Source of the DNA: an uncultured Gemmatimonadaceae bacterium
GTDB lineage: Bacteria; Gemmatimonadota; Gemmatimonadetes; Gemmatimonadales; Gemmatimonadaceae
Direction of reading: 5' to 3'
Length of the DNA stretch: 64,000 nucleotides
Assembly (NCBI GenBank): GCA_963829055.1
Contig: CAWHHI010000006.1
Coordinates: 448,001-512,000, forward strand
Below are positions 1-10,533 of the stretch, one piece after another. Each line of letters opens with the position of its first letter. The first letter of the stretch is position 1. Both the position numbers and the translations under genes were made by a program. The notes below the pieces were generated by a model. That model worked only from the letters and a program-made list of their open reading frames with translations. It did not search any database and was not told the origin of the DNA.

Positions 1-2081
1 TGCACGAGATCCGGACGGCCGCGCGGCTCACGCACCCGCACGTGCTCGGCGTCCACGACTCCGGTGAAGCCGACGGGCTGCTGTACTACGTGATGCCGTA
101 CGTCGAGGGCGAAACCCTCCGCGCGCGTCTGACGCGCGAGGGCGCGCTTGCCGCTTGCCGGACGCGATGCGCCTGATGCGCGAGCTCGCCGACGCGCTCG
201 CCTACGCGCACGGCCACGGCGTGATGCACCGCGACTTGAAGCCCGAGAACGTGCTGCTCTCGGGCGGGCACGCCGTCGTCGCCGACTTCGGCATCGCCAA
301 GGCGCTCGCCGCCGCCACCGGAGGGACTGCCGAGCGCGGCGCGGGGACGTCTCGCCGCGTCGCGGCTCACGGCGACGGGCGTGGCGTTAGGCACGCCCGC
401 CTACATGGCTCCCGAGCAGGCGGTCGGCGACCTGGCCACCGACCACCGGGCCGACCTCTACGCGCTAGGCGTGGTGGCCTACGAGGCGCTGGCCGGCGCG
501 CACCCGTTCGGCGCGCGGCTCAGCGCAGGCACTCGTTGCGCGCGCATCTCACGGAGCCGCCCGCCCCGCTCGGCGACCGGCGCACGGACGCGTCGCCGGC
601 GCTGGCCGCGCTTGTCATGCGGCTGCTGGCCAAGGACCCGGCCGCGCGCCCGCAGAGCGCCGCGGCCGTGCTGCGCGCGCTCGACGACGCGCCGCCGCTG
701 GGCATGCCGGCGTCCGTCCGCTGCCCGCCCCTCGGCCGCGCTGGCCGAGACGGCGGCCGGTCGGCGGAGGCGCGTGGCGGTGCTCGCGGCCGCGGCGGCG
801 CTGGTGCTGGCCGCCGGCGTCGGCGGGTACGCCCTGTGGCGCCGGGCCCCGGCGTTAGGCGGGCGCGACGCGGCAGCGGCCGGCGTCGAACCGGCCGCGA
901 TCCGCGCGGTGGCGGTGCTGCCGTTCGAGAACACCGGGGGCGCGGCCGCCGACGACTACTTCAGCGACGGCATGACCGACGAGCTGGCCCACGCGCTCTC
1001 ACGTCTGCCGGGGCTGCGGCTCGCCGGCCGGACGTCGAGCTACGCGTTCAAGGGGAAGGCCGCCGCCGCCAGGAGATCGGCCGGGTGCTCGGCGTCGGCG
1101 CCTACGTCGGCGGCACGGTGCGGCGCGCGGGCGATCGGCTGCGGGTGACGACGCAGCTCGTGGGCACCGCCGACGGGAAGGTGCTCTGGGACAGCGTCTT
1201 CGAGAGCCGCTCGAGCGACGTCTTCGGCGTGCAGGACGAGTTCACGCGCGCGATCGTCGCCGCTCTGGCGGCGTCACTCGGCGGGCGCTGACGGCGCGCT
1301 TGTGCCGCGATGCGGCGCGCGGCACGACAAACCAGGAGGCGTACGACCTGTACCTGAAAGCGCGGTACTTCTGGCTCAATCGCAACGCAGCCAACATCGA
1401 CGCGCTCCGTCACGTACTACCGCGAAGCCATCGCGCGGGACCCGAACTTCGCGCGCGCGCACGCCGGGCTGGCGCTGGCCTACGCCATCCTGCCGGTCTA
1501 CATCCCCGACCCGAGCGACTCGACGACGGCGCTGAACGCGTCGAGCGCGCAACGCGCCATGCGCTCGACTCCACGCTCGCCGACGCGCAGATCGCGCTCG
1601 GCCTCGGGTTTGAGCGCCAACTGAGGTTCTGGCTATGCCCAGGCGCGCTGCCGCGCTGCGCTCAACATCGAACACGCCAGCGTCATCGCTGGATCACGTC
1701 CTCGGGTTTATTCTGCATGCGACAGGGCACCCTGACGAGGCGCTCGTCGAGCTGCGGCAGGCTACACAACTCGATCCACTGGCTAAGTCGGCCGCGAGCG
1801 CGTTCGCGGTCGCGCTCATTAGCGCGAGACGATTTCCCGAAGGCGAGGCTGCCTCGCGCCGTGTATTGACGATTGACTCCACGTTCTCGCTCGGCATCGG
1901 GAGCCTGGGGCTCGCGCAGGCGTTCAGCGGGCAGCCCGACAGCGCGGTGCGCACCCTCGAACGTGGCATGCGGTTGCACCCCGACGGTCCGGGGCAGCAC
2001 GCGCCCCTGCTGTTCGCCTACGCCGCCGCTGGGCGTTGGGCCGAGGCCGAGCGGATGCGCGTGGAGCTCCGCCGCCGGGTT
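1..2081 (+). CDS. Ser/Thr protein kinase with TM segment, TolB-N-like (AVLPF) domain and TPR repeats; 5' partial, frameshifted, C-terminus apparently truncated
   Basis: [34 protein letters not shown]...[21 protein letters not shown] spread over ORFs 155-1291, 381-1148, 1300-1869 and 1635-2378. Confidence 0.85.
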
Positions 2082-2085
2082 CCCC

Positions 2086-2394
2086 ATGCTCGAGTCGCTC
2101 GATATCACGACCTTCGCCGGACGCGTCGGAGAGGTCTTCCGGCTCGTGGTCGACGAGACGACCACCATCTCGAGCCGACTGATTGCCGTGACGCCGGCCA
2201 ACGGCGGATCGGCGAACCCAGCGCGCGCGGGCGGTCGCACGCCGTTCTCCCTCGTATTCCGCTCTCCGCCCGGCGCGCCGATGCCGCAGCGCATCTACCG
2301 CCTGCAGCACGAGGAGCTCGGCCAGCTCGAGCTCTTCCTCGTTCCGATAGGACCGGACGCGGATGGAATGTGCTATGAGGCGGTGTTCAGCTGA
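2086..2394 (+). CDS. DUF6916-like small protein
   Basis: MLESLDITTFAGRVGEVF...RTPFSLVFRSP...PQRIYRLQHEELGQLELFLVPIGPD...YEAVFS; family recognised from motif and context. Confidence 0.7.
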   Translation: MLESLDITTFAGRVGEVFRLVVDETTTISSRLIAVTPANGGSANPARAGGRTPFSLVFRSPPGAPMPQRIYRLQHEELGQLELFLVPIGPDADGMCYEAVFS

Positions 2395-2870
2395 CGCGGC
2401 GAGGCGGGCGAACGAGGTATGAGTAGACCCCGCGGTCCTGGCGCTCCTCGAAGCCGAGCCGAGTGTACAGTCGGCGGGCGGCGTTCTGCTTCTCGACGTG
2501 GATGCCAATCGGAGTCCCGATCGCGTCCGCCTCATCGCACAGCTCGCGCATAACGCGAGTGCCGATACCAGCGCCGCGGTACTCGGTCAGCAGCGCGATG
2601 TCCATGACCCGAATCTCGTCCGGCCAGCGCGCCACGAACAACCGCCCGACTGGCTGCCCGTCGGCGAGCACGATCTGGTACGTGGCGCCGTCGTAGTTCT
2701 CGCGGTAGTAGCGATACTGCGCGGCGAACTGGCTCGCGAGAAACGCGTGTCGCTGCTCGTCGGTCCACGGGACGTGGGCGAGCTCCTCCCTGCGCGAGTC
2801 GGCGTAGACACGGAAGAGAAAGGGCTCATCGTCGACTGTGGCTTCGCGTAGCGTGAGCTCGGCCGCGATG
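2387..2870 (-). CDS. GNAT family N-acetyltransferase (frameshifted, start approximate)
   Basis: LREATVDDEPFLFRVYA...QFAAQ, IRVMDIALLTEYRGAGIGT, HVEKQNAARRLYTRLGF. Confidence 0.85.
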
Positions 2871-2914
2871 ATTCTCGCTGTCCACGGTGATCGCCACCAG
2901 GTAGAGAGACGCGA

Positions 2915-3436
2915 TCAGGACCGCGGCGGAAAGACGCCCTGCAGCGCAATGCAGAAGGACATCGTTAGGCTCGGCATCATGTTGTTGTGCGGGGCCTGTC
3001 CGCCCGCGGATGCAAGCACCTGGCTTGCCATGGCCACGACGTTGGCTGATGCCGGTGCGAATGCCTGCCCTTTGTTCGCGCGAGCGAGCGAGTTCCCCGC
3101 GGGAGTCTTGCCGGTTGCGAGAGCGCTCTGCGCCATCATGGAGTGAGAGTGCGCGGGCATCTCGCTTTCCGAGAGCGTCGCGGTCTCGCTTCCCCCGGTC
3201 TCGCCGAGTACACGCGGCGAGAGCCCTTGCCCCTGTCCCGGGTGCATCGGCGCGCGGCCTCGCAAGTCGGGCAGCGCGAACGTGCTCTTTCCGTCACCCC
3301 CGTACGTCGTACCGACGAGAGAGAACAGCGCCGTGTTCTGCGAGAGTGGAAGCAACTGCCCATCACAGAACGCCCACCCTTTCGGGGCGAAGTTGAACGG
3401 GAAGATGCGGATCTCCGCGACGAAGGGATCGGCCAT
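2915..3436 (-). CDS. Phage tail collar domain (microcystin-dependent MdpB-like) protein, copy 3
   Basis: MADPFVAEIRIFPFNFAPKGWAFCDGQLL...YGGDGKSTFALPDLRGR...HNNMMPSLTMSFCIALQGVFP. Confidence 0.9.
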   Translation of the reverse strand: MADPFVAEIRIFPFNFAPKGWAFCDGQLLPLSQNTALFSLVGTTYGGDGKSTFALPDLRGRAPMHPGQGQGLSPRVLGETGGSETATLSESEMPAHSHSMMAQSALATGKTPAGNSLARANKGQAFAPASANVVAMASQVLASAGGQAPHNNMMPSLTMSFCIALQGVFPPRS

Positions 3437-3446
3437 GAGTACGCCC

Positions 3447-3950
3447 TCAGGGCGGTGACGGGAAAATGCCGAACAGAGAGATGATGAAGTCGATGCAGAG
3501 GTACGGCTGCATGTTGGTATGCGGCTGACTCCCACCGCGTTGCGCTACGGCCTGAGGCGCCATGGTGCTGTCCGGCGGCACGACGCTGTACAAGTTGCTC
3601 GCCCTGGGCTGGGCCAGCGTGCGCGCGGTGGGCGCGTTCCGCGTCGCGTCCCTCCCAGCGGCGATGAACGCATGAGCGTGCGGAGGCAGTTGCTGGACGG
3701 TGAGCGTGACCGTCTCGTCGCCACCGGTCTGCGCCAGGCTGAAGCCATTTCCTTGATGAACGGGGATTCGACCTCGCAGGTCGGGCAGCGCGAACGTGCT
3801 CTGCCCATCGCCACCATACGTGGTGCCGATGAGTTGAAAGAGCGTCTCGTTCTCGGAGATGGGCAGAAGTTGTCCCTCGCAGAACATCCAGCCGGCGGGA
3901 GCGAAGTTTCCGGCGAACATGCGGATCTCGCCGACATACGGTTGCGCCAT
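3447..3950 (-). CDS. Phage tail collar domain (MdpB-like) protein, copy 2
   Basis: MAQPYVGEIRMFAGNFAPAGWMFCEGQLL...FALPDLRGR...HTNMQPYLCIDFIISLFGIFP. Confidence 0.9.
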   Translation of the reverse strand: MAQPYVGEIRMFAGNFAPAGWMFCEGQLLPISENETLFQLIGTTYGGDGQSTFALPDLRGRIPVHQGNGFSLAQTGGDETVTLTVQQLPPHAHAFIAAGRDATRNAPTARTLAQPRASNLYSVVPPDSTMAPQAVAQRGGSQPHTNMQPYLCIDFIISLFGIFPSPP

Positions 3951-3957
3951 GTCAGCC

Positions 3958-4461
3958 TCAGTTGCGAGCCGGGAAAATTCCTTGCAGCGCGATGCAGAAG
4001 TTCAGCGTCAGAAACGGCTGCATGTTGGAATGCGCCTGGCCGCCCCCGACGCTCGCGATGGTTGCTGGCGACAGTGGAGTCGGGTTCGTCGCGCCAGTGT
4101 ACACGGCACCACCGTTCGCCGTCGCGAGCATGTTTGCGTTAGGCGCCGCTGTCGTCGCCTGGGTGGCGACAGCACGGACGGCGTGCGTGTGACTCGGCAT
4201 CTCGGCGGTCGATAGTGTGTGCGCCTGCTCGCCAGCTTTCCCGCCCAGCGCATGCCCATTGCCGACATGGATCGGCGTGCGCGCCCGAAGGTCAGGAAGT
4301 GCGAAGGTCACCCGGCCATCGCCCCCGAAGGTCGTCCCGAGCAGCGCGAAGAGCGCCTGGTTCTGGTTGATGGGCAGCAACTGCCCGTTGCAGAGCGCCC
4401 ACCCTTTCGGGGCGAACGCGAAGCTCATGATGCGAATCTCGCCGAGGAACGGCTCCGCCAT
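3958..4461 (-). CDS. Phage tail collar domain (MdpB-like) protein, copy 1
   Basis: MAEPFLGEIRIMSFAFAPKGWALCNGQLL...FALPDLRAR...HSNMQPFLTLNFCIALQGIFP. Confidence 0.9.
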   Translation of the reverse strand: MAEPFLGEIRIMSFAFAPKGWALCNGQLLPINQNQALFALLGTTFGGDGRVTFALPDLRARTPIHVGNGHALGGKAGEQAHTLSTAEMPSHTHAVRAVATQATTAAPNANMLATANGGAVYTGATNPTPLSPATIASVGGGQAHSNMQPFLTLNFCIALQGIFPARN

Positions 4462-4573
4462 GGCGGTACCTCATCGTCATTGTGCCTAACAGGGCAGGGT
4501 GGCCACTATGTGCCACTCACAGCTGAGGCGCAAGCAAGTTCATCCACCGGAGAGCTCTATCGGCGGTCGAACG

Positions 4574-5523
4574 TTAGGTGCGCGCTCTCCCCGCACTCGG
4601 CGGCTCGCCGTAACGCGCTGTCCACACGCGGCGCAATTGGCGGCCGTTCGCGAAGCCGCACGCCGCAGCCACCGCGTCCAGCGTCAGCGTCGGGTTCCGC
4701 ATCAGGTCTCGGGCGCGCTCGACCCGCAATCGCTCGCGAAAGTCGTGAATCGAGATGCCCGTCGCGCGCTTGAACACGCGCGTCAGGTTGCGTTCGCTCA
4801 TCCCCGCGATCTCCGCGAGCTCGTCGAGCGTCGCACGGGTGGCAGGATTTGCGACGAGGTGTTGCTGCACCTGGTGGATGCCCGGGCTCAGGTGCGTCTG
4901 ATAGTCGAGGTACACGCTGTCCTGCCGGTGGCGCACCATCGCGGCGCAGGTAGACCACCATCTCCCGCGCGACTTCCGCGGCGACGACCGGGCCCGCGTC
5001 GTGCTCGATGAGCGCGAGCGCCATGTCGATGCCGGCCGCGATGCCGGCGCTCGTGACGATGCCGTCATCCTCGACGAACAGCCGGTCTCCCACCACGCGC
5101 GCTCGTGGGAACCTCGCTTGCAGCTCGGCCACCCGCTTCCAGTGCGTCGTGCACGTCCGGCCGTCGAGCGCGCCCGCCTCACCTAACGCGAACGCGCCGG
5201 TGCAGACCGAGCACAGCTCGGCGCCCGCCCGCTGCGCCCGCCGGAGCCACGTGACGAGCTTGGGTGGCACGCGAAAGTCCGCTACGCGGAAATCCCGGGA
5301 CGATGACGCGTTCTCCGGGCCCAACATCCGGCAACGCTTCGAGCCCACCGAGCTCGAGGCCCTGTGCTGTCTGTACCGTGGGCGTCGCGGCGTGATACGA
5401 CAGCGCATAACGCGCCCCGAGCGCCGTCGCCTCGTGGAGGACCTGGACGGGGCCAGCCAGGTCCAGGATCTCGCAGCCAGGAAAGACGACGAAGATCGCG
5501 CGGCGCGGCGCCTGGCTGGTCAT
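4574..5523 (-). CDS. GlxA family transcriptional regulator (DJ-1/PfpI + AraC HTH), frameshifted
   Basis: EILDLAGPVQV, SVCTGAFALGEAGALDGRTCTTHW, TSAGIAAGIDMAL, MSERNLTRVFKRATG, VAAACGF. Confidence 0.88.
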
Positions 5524-5527
5524 TCGT

Positions 5528-6172
5528 TCACGACGCGAACGCGGGCTGCAATGCGGGCTGCAACGCCTGCTGCATGGCGGCCGACTCGATCAACGCCTCG
5601 ACTTCCGCAACGAGCGTCTTCGTCTGCACGATACGCGCGAACCGACGGCGAAGCGCGTACGCGGTGCGCTCCTCGATGGCGTCGACGCCGATCTCCTCGC
5701 CGGGCACGTCGTGGTTCGGAATCGGGAACGTCATCGTGCCGTCGATGACGAAATCGACGGCGTACCCGAGATCGGCGGCAACGCGCGTCGTCGTCTCGCA
5801 ACACTGTTCCATGGAGATCCCGGTGACGGCCAGCCGGCGAACGCCGAGCGCGAGCAGTTTCACCTGCAGCGTCGTACTGGTGAATGCGTTTCGGGTGTCC
5901 TTGAGCATTACAGGCTCGTCGGTCCGCGGCTGAATGAAGTCCATCAGTCGAAGATGAACGCTATCACGTTCGAAGCCCGGATCGCCATCGGTATGCAGGA
6001 AGAAGATGACCGGCAGGCCGGCGGCGCGATACGCGTCGATGAGCGCCGACACGTTGCGCTCGAACTGGCGGTTGTTGCGGCGTTCCCATCGGGGACCGAC
6101 CTTGAACGAGTCCTGCGCGTCGACTACGAGCAGCGCGGACTGAGACAGCGGGACTTCATCGGTCGTCAGCAT
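5528..6172 (-). CDS. Isochorismatase family cysteine hydrolase
   Basis: ALLVVDAQ, KDTRNAF, GISMEQCCETTTR (Asp-Lys-Cys triad pattern). Confidence 0.88.
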   Translation of the reverse strand: MLTTDEVPLSQSALLVVDAQDSFKVGPRWERRNNRQFERNVSALIDAYRAAGLPVIFFLHTDGDPGFERDSVHLRLMDFIQPRTDEPVMLKDTRNAFTSTTLQVKLLALGVRRLAVTGISMEQCCETTTRVAADLGYAVDFVIDGTMTFPIPNHDVPGEEIGVDAIEERTAYALRRRFARIVQTKTLVAEVEALIESAAMQQALQPALQPAFAS

Positions 6173-6271
6173 GGAGTGATCTCAGGGTGAAGGTGCCCTG
6201 AAGGTGCTGGATTCGGTCCGCCGCCGGAGGCCACCGCACGGGACGATCACCGGTCAGATCCGGCCATGTGT

Positions 6272-6336
6272 CGGGAATCGGGAATCGGGAATCGGGAATC
6301 GGGATCGGACGACTCGGGGACTGGGGACTGGGACTG
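6272..6336. repeat. Short tandem repeats (CGGGAAT)x4 then (GGGGACT)x~3
   Basis: Read directly from the sequence. Confidence 0.9.
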
Positions 6337-6431
6337 CGGAACCGGCGGTGGGTCGATTTACCCATGCGGCGCAGCGGCTCGAGCCCGCACGTTATGCTCT
6401 GCCGTCTTTATGCTCTATCGTCTGTGCTGTC

Positions 6432-6471
6432 AGCTGATAGCTGATAGCTGATAGCTGATAGCTGATAGCTG
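6432..6471. repeat. Short tandem repeat (AGCTGAT)x~5.7
   Basis: cagctgatagctgatagctgatagctgatagctgatagctg, just upstream of the RBS/ATG at 6489. Confidence 0.95.
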
Positions 6472-6488
6472 CATACGCGGAGTCCTCC

Positions 6489-7443
6489 ATGCGGTACGCC
6501 ACCATACCAATCGTCCTCGCGCTGCTCGCGCAGCCGGCCCTCGCTCAGAACGAGAGCGTGCTGCGCCAGGCGTTCGAGGGTAAGGTCGTCAGCCGTCAAG
6601 ATCGACATGCCCGCGACGAGCCGAGGCGTCGATGTGTACCCGCTCGATCCCATGGCCGTCGACTTCCGTGAGGTCGCGCAGCGGCTCAAGGACAACTCGA
6701 CGTCGCTCAGGATCGGCCAGCAGGTGATGGTCACCAAGGTCCTCGTGAAGAAGAACTCGCACATCGAGTTCCAGCTCGGCGGCGGCGGCTACGGGACGTT
6801 CGGCGACAACACGTCGGACGGATCGGGCCTGAACGCGGTCACCCAGGGCGAGACGAAAGCGGAGAAGGCGCTTCGCGACTCGATCAAGAAGGCGCAGGGT
6901 CCCACGAAGCGAAAGCAGTTCGAGAAGGAGCTCGCGAGCCTGCGCGCCGAGCGTGAGCGCGAGAACGCGCGGGCGGAGGCGGAGGCGAAGCAGGCGCAGT
7001 CGGTGATCGAAGCGAACCTGCGCGCGAAGCGGGCCGAGAGCGGCAGCCGCTTCAACGTGCGCTATCGGAACGGTATTCCGGCGGATGCCCTCACGCCCGA
7101 CGGTCTCATGCGCGCGCTATCGCCGTACGTGGACTTCGGCGCGGCCGGGGGTCGCTCGCGTCAGGCGGTACGACATCAGGCGGGGCGCGTCAGGCGGCGC
7201 GGTGTCAGGCACGGCGACCCAGGCCTCACGTCAGGCGGCATCTCGCCCGGCGACACCGAACTCGCTCCGAAAGGGCCTGCTGCTCGAGGACGTCGAGACG
7301 ATACTCGGCCCGCGGCAACCGCGTCGGAAACGAAGGAAGGCACGCTCACGGTCCTCAAGCGCACGTACCGCAAGGACGGCCAGAAGGTCTCGGCGAGCTT
7401 CGTGAATGGAGTGCTGATCGACTTCGCGATCACGCCGCAGTAG
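6489..7443 (+). CDS. Hypothetical secreted protein (frameshifted)
   Basis: Signal peptide MRYATIPIVLALLAQPALA; continues as IDMPATSRGVDVYP...HIEFQLGGGGYGTFGD...FVNGVLIDFAITPQ. Confidence 0.7.
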
Positions 7444-7504
7444 AGGAGGGCAGGCCTTAGGAAGCGGAACGGCGGAAGGCGTTGGCGGATGCGCGGAGGA
7501 CGCG

Positions 7505-7601
7505 GTCATCCCGAGCGGCAGCGAGGGATCTTCTCGAACGTCATCGTGGCCGGACTTGCCACGAGGACGTCACAGAAGGTCCCTCGCTCGCTCGGGATGA
7601 C
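7505..7601. repeat. Palindromic repeat family A, copy 1
   Basis: GTCATCCCGAGCG..GCGAGGGATCTTCT..CGTGGCCGGACTTGCCACG..AGAAGGTCCCTCGC..CGCTCGGGATGAC. Confidence 0.9.
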
Positions 7602-7719
7602 ACCGTCGTGTCGTCCGCTTTCCGCCCTCCGTCCTCCGCGCCTCCTTCCTCAGGCCTCCGTCCTAGGCCTCCTCGCTGTCCTGTCGGCTATCCGGTCTGT
7701 TGGCTGATAGCTTTGTCGC

Positions 7720-8915
7720 ATGCTGAAAACCACGCCGTTCCACGCACGCACGGCGCCGCTCGTCCGCGCGCAGACCTGGCGACGCTGGGCCGGCTACCAG
7801 GTCGCGAGCGCGTACGACCCGCATCCGGACCGCGAGTACGCCGCCGTGCGCAACGCCGCGGCGCTGTTCGACGTGTCGCCGCTCTACAAGTACCTCGATC
7901 CGCGGGCGCGACGCCGCGCGGCTGCTCGACCGCATGGTCACGCGTGACGTCACCAAATGCGCCGTCGGCCAGGTCCTGTACACGCCCTGGTGCGACGCGC
8001 ACGGCAAGGTCATCGACGACGGCACCATCAGCCGCCTGGACGACGAACACGTACCGGCTCACGAGCGCCGAGCCTAACGTGCGGTGGCTGACGATGAATG
8101 CCGTCGGCCTCGACGTGACCATCGAGGACGTCTCCGACGCGCACCGGCGCGCTCGCGCTCCAGGGCCCGCTGTCGCGCACCATTCTGCAGCACGCTGTCG
8201 CCGGCAGACCTCGCGACGCTCAAGCTACTTCCGGCTCGTGCACACGACCGTCCGCGACATCCCCGTCACCATCTCGCGCACGGGCTACACCGGCGACCTC
8301 GGCTACGAGCTCTGGGTGGACGCCGACCGCGCGGTCGCGCTGTGGGACGCGCTCATGGAGGGCGGGCAGGGCTACGGCATCACGCCCGCGGGCATCTGGG
8401 CGCTCGACATCGCGCGCATCGAGGCCGGTCTCGTCATGCTCGACGTCGACTACTACTCCGCGCATCACGCGCTGATCGAGGACCAGAAGTCGTTCCCCGA
8501 CGAGATCAACCTCGCGTGGACGGTGAATCTCGACAAAGGTCCGTACAACGGACGACGCGCGCTGCGGAAGGCGCGTGCGAAGAAGCAGGCGTGGGCGTTC
8601 GTCGGCATCGAGGTGCAGTGGGACTCGCTCGAGCGGCTCTACGCGAAGCGCGGGCTGCCGCCGCACCTGCCGAACGTCGCGTGGCGCACGAGCGCGCCGG
8701 TGCTATCGCGACGGCGAGCAGATCGGCTACGCGACGAGCGGCTGCTGGTCGCCGCTGCTCAAGCGATCGCTGGCGCTCGCGCACATTCAGGCGCCGCACT
8801 TCGCGCCCGGCACGCCCGTGCGAGATCGAGGTGACGGTGGAGCATCATCGCGAGCAGGCGAACGCGATCGTTCGCAAGCTGCCGTTCTATCGACCCCGAG
8901 CGGAAGCGCGCATGA
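7720..8915 (+). CDS. Aminomethyltransferase (GcvT-like folate-binding) family protein, frameshifted
   Basis: MLKTTPFH, AALFDVSPLYKY, ISRTGYTGDLGYELWV, ARIEAGL, GYATSGCWSPLLKRSLALA. Confidence 0.88.
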
Positions 8916-10533
8916 GCACTCCGCGCTACGACGCCATCATCATCGGCGGTGGACACAACGGACTCGTCGCCGCGGCCTACCTCGCGCGCGCGGGCCGGAA
9001 GGTCGTCGTGCTCGAGCGTCGCCCGCTCGTCGGCGGCGCGGCGGTCACCGAGGAGATCGTTCCCGGCTTCAAGTTCTCGGTGTTCTCGTACGTCGTGAGC
9101 CTGCTGCGACCCGAGATCATCCGCGACCTCGACCTGCCCGCGCACGGGCTGCAGATCCTTCCGCTCGAGAGCACCGTCACGCCGCTCGACAACGGCGACT
9201 ATCTCGCCGGCTGGGCCGACGCCGACGAGTCGCGCCGCGAGATCGCGCGCCATTCGCCGCGCGATGCCGAGGCCGCGTCGCAGTTCGGCCGCCTCATGCA
9301 CCACATGGCGATGGCGGTGAAGCCGATCCTCGGGATGGTGCCGCCGGACCCGGCATCGCTCGCGCCGTCCGACCTGCGCGGTCTGCTCAAGCTCGGCGGG
9401 CACTTCCGGTCGTTAGGCGCCGAGCGGTTCCATGCGCTGCTACAAGCTCATGACGATGAGCAGCGCCGACTACCTCGACGAGTGGTACGAGTTCGATCCG
9501 CTCAAGGCGACCAAGTCGGCCAGCGGCATCATCGGCACGTTCCTCGGACCACGCTCGCCCGGCTCGCGCGTACGTGCTGCTCCATCACTACATGGGCGAG
9601 ATCGACGGCGCCTTCCGCGCGTGGGGCTTCCAGAAGGGCGGCACCGGCGCGATCAGCGAATCGATCGCCAGCGCGGCGCGGTCGTTCGGCGCGGAGGTTC
9701 GAACCGACGCCGACGTGGCGCGCGTGCTCGTGAAGGACGGGCGCACCACTGGCGTCGCGCTCGCGAACGGCGACGAGATCGCGGCGCCGATCGTCGTGTC
9801 GGGTCTCGACCCGCGCCGCACGTTCATCGACCTCGTCGAGTCGAAGGAGCTGCCTGACGATCTCGTCGCGAGCATCGCGCAACTACCGGTTCCGCGGCTC
9901 GTCAGGCAAGGTGAACCTCGCGCTCGACGGGCTGCCCGACTTCACCTGTCCTCGAACGGCAACGGCGGCTATCGATCGCCGCTCCTGGCGACCGCGCTCC
10001 GCGGCGCGATCTCGATCAGCCCGAGCGTCGACTACCTCGAGCGCGCGTACGACGACGCCAAGTACGGCGAGTTCTCGCGCCATCCGTACATGGACATCGT
10101 CATTCCGTCGATGATCGATCCGGGGATGGCGCCGCCGGGCAAGCACGTCATGAGCATCTTCGTCCAGTACGCGCCGTACCATCTGAACGGCGGCTGGACG
10201 GACGCGAAGCGCGAGGCGTTCGGCGACGCGGTCATCGACACGCTCGAGCGCTATGCACCGAACATCCGTTCGATCATTCGCCACCGGCAGGTGCTGACGC
10301 CCGCCGACATCGAGCGCATCACCGGACTCTCCGAGGGCAACATCTTCCAGGGCGAGCTCGCGCTGCATCAGCTCTTCTTCCTCCGCCCGGCGCGCGCAGT
10401 GGGCGAAGTACCGCACGCCGGTGAAGGGCTACTGGCAGTGCGGCGCCGGCACGCATCCCGGCGGCGGCATCATGGGCGCGTCGGGCCGGCTCGCGGCGCT
10501 CGAGATCCTCGGCGCGAGGAGCCTGACGCATGA
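8912..10533 (+). CDS. Phytoene dehydrogenase-like FAD-dependent oxidoreductase 1, frameshifted
   Basis: YDAIIIGGGHNGLVAAAYLARAG, GGAAVTEE, DPGMAPPGKHVMS, GNIFQGEL, GAGTHPGGGIMGASG. Confidence 0.88.

Noticed and set aside
2915..4461. Prophage or tailocin
   Set aside because: No integrase, terminase, capsid, sheath, tube or lysis genes in the window.
6272..6471. CRISPR array
   Set aside because: These are 7-bp tandem units without unique spacers, and no cas genes are present. The palindromic repeat families are dispersed, not arrayed.
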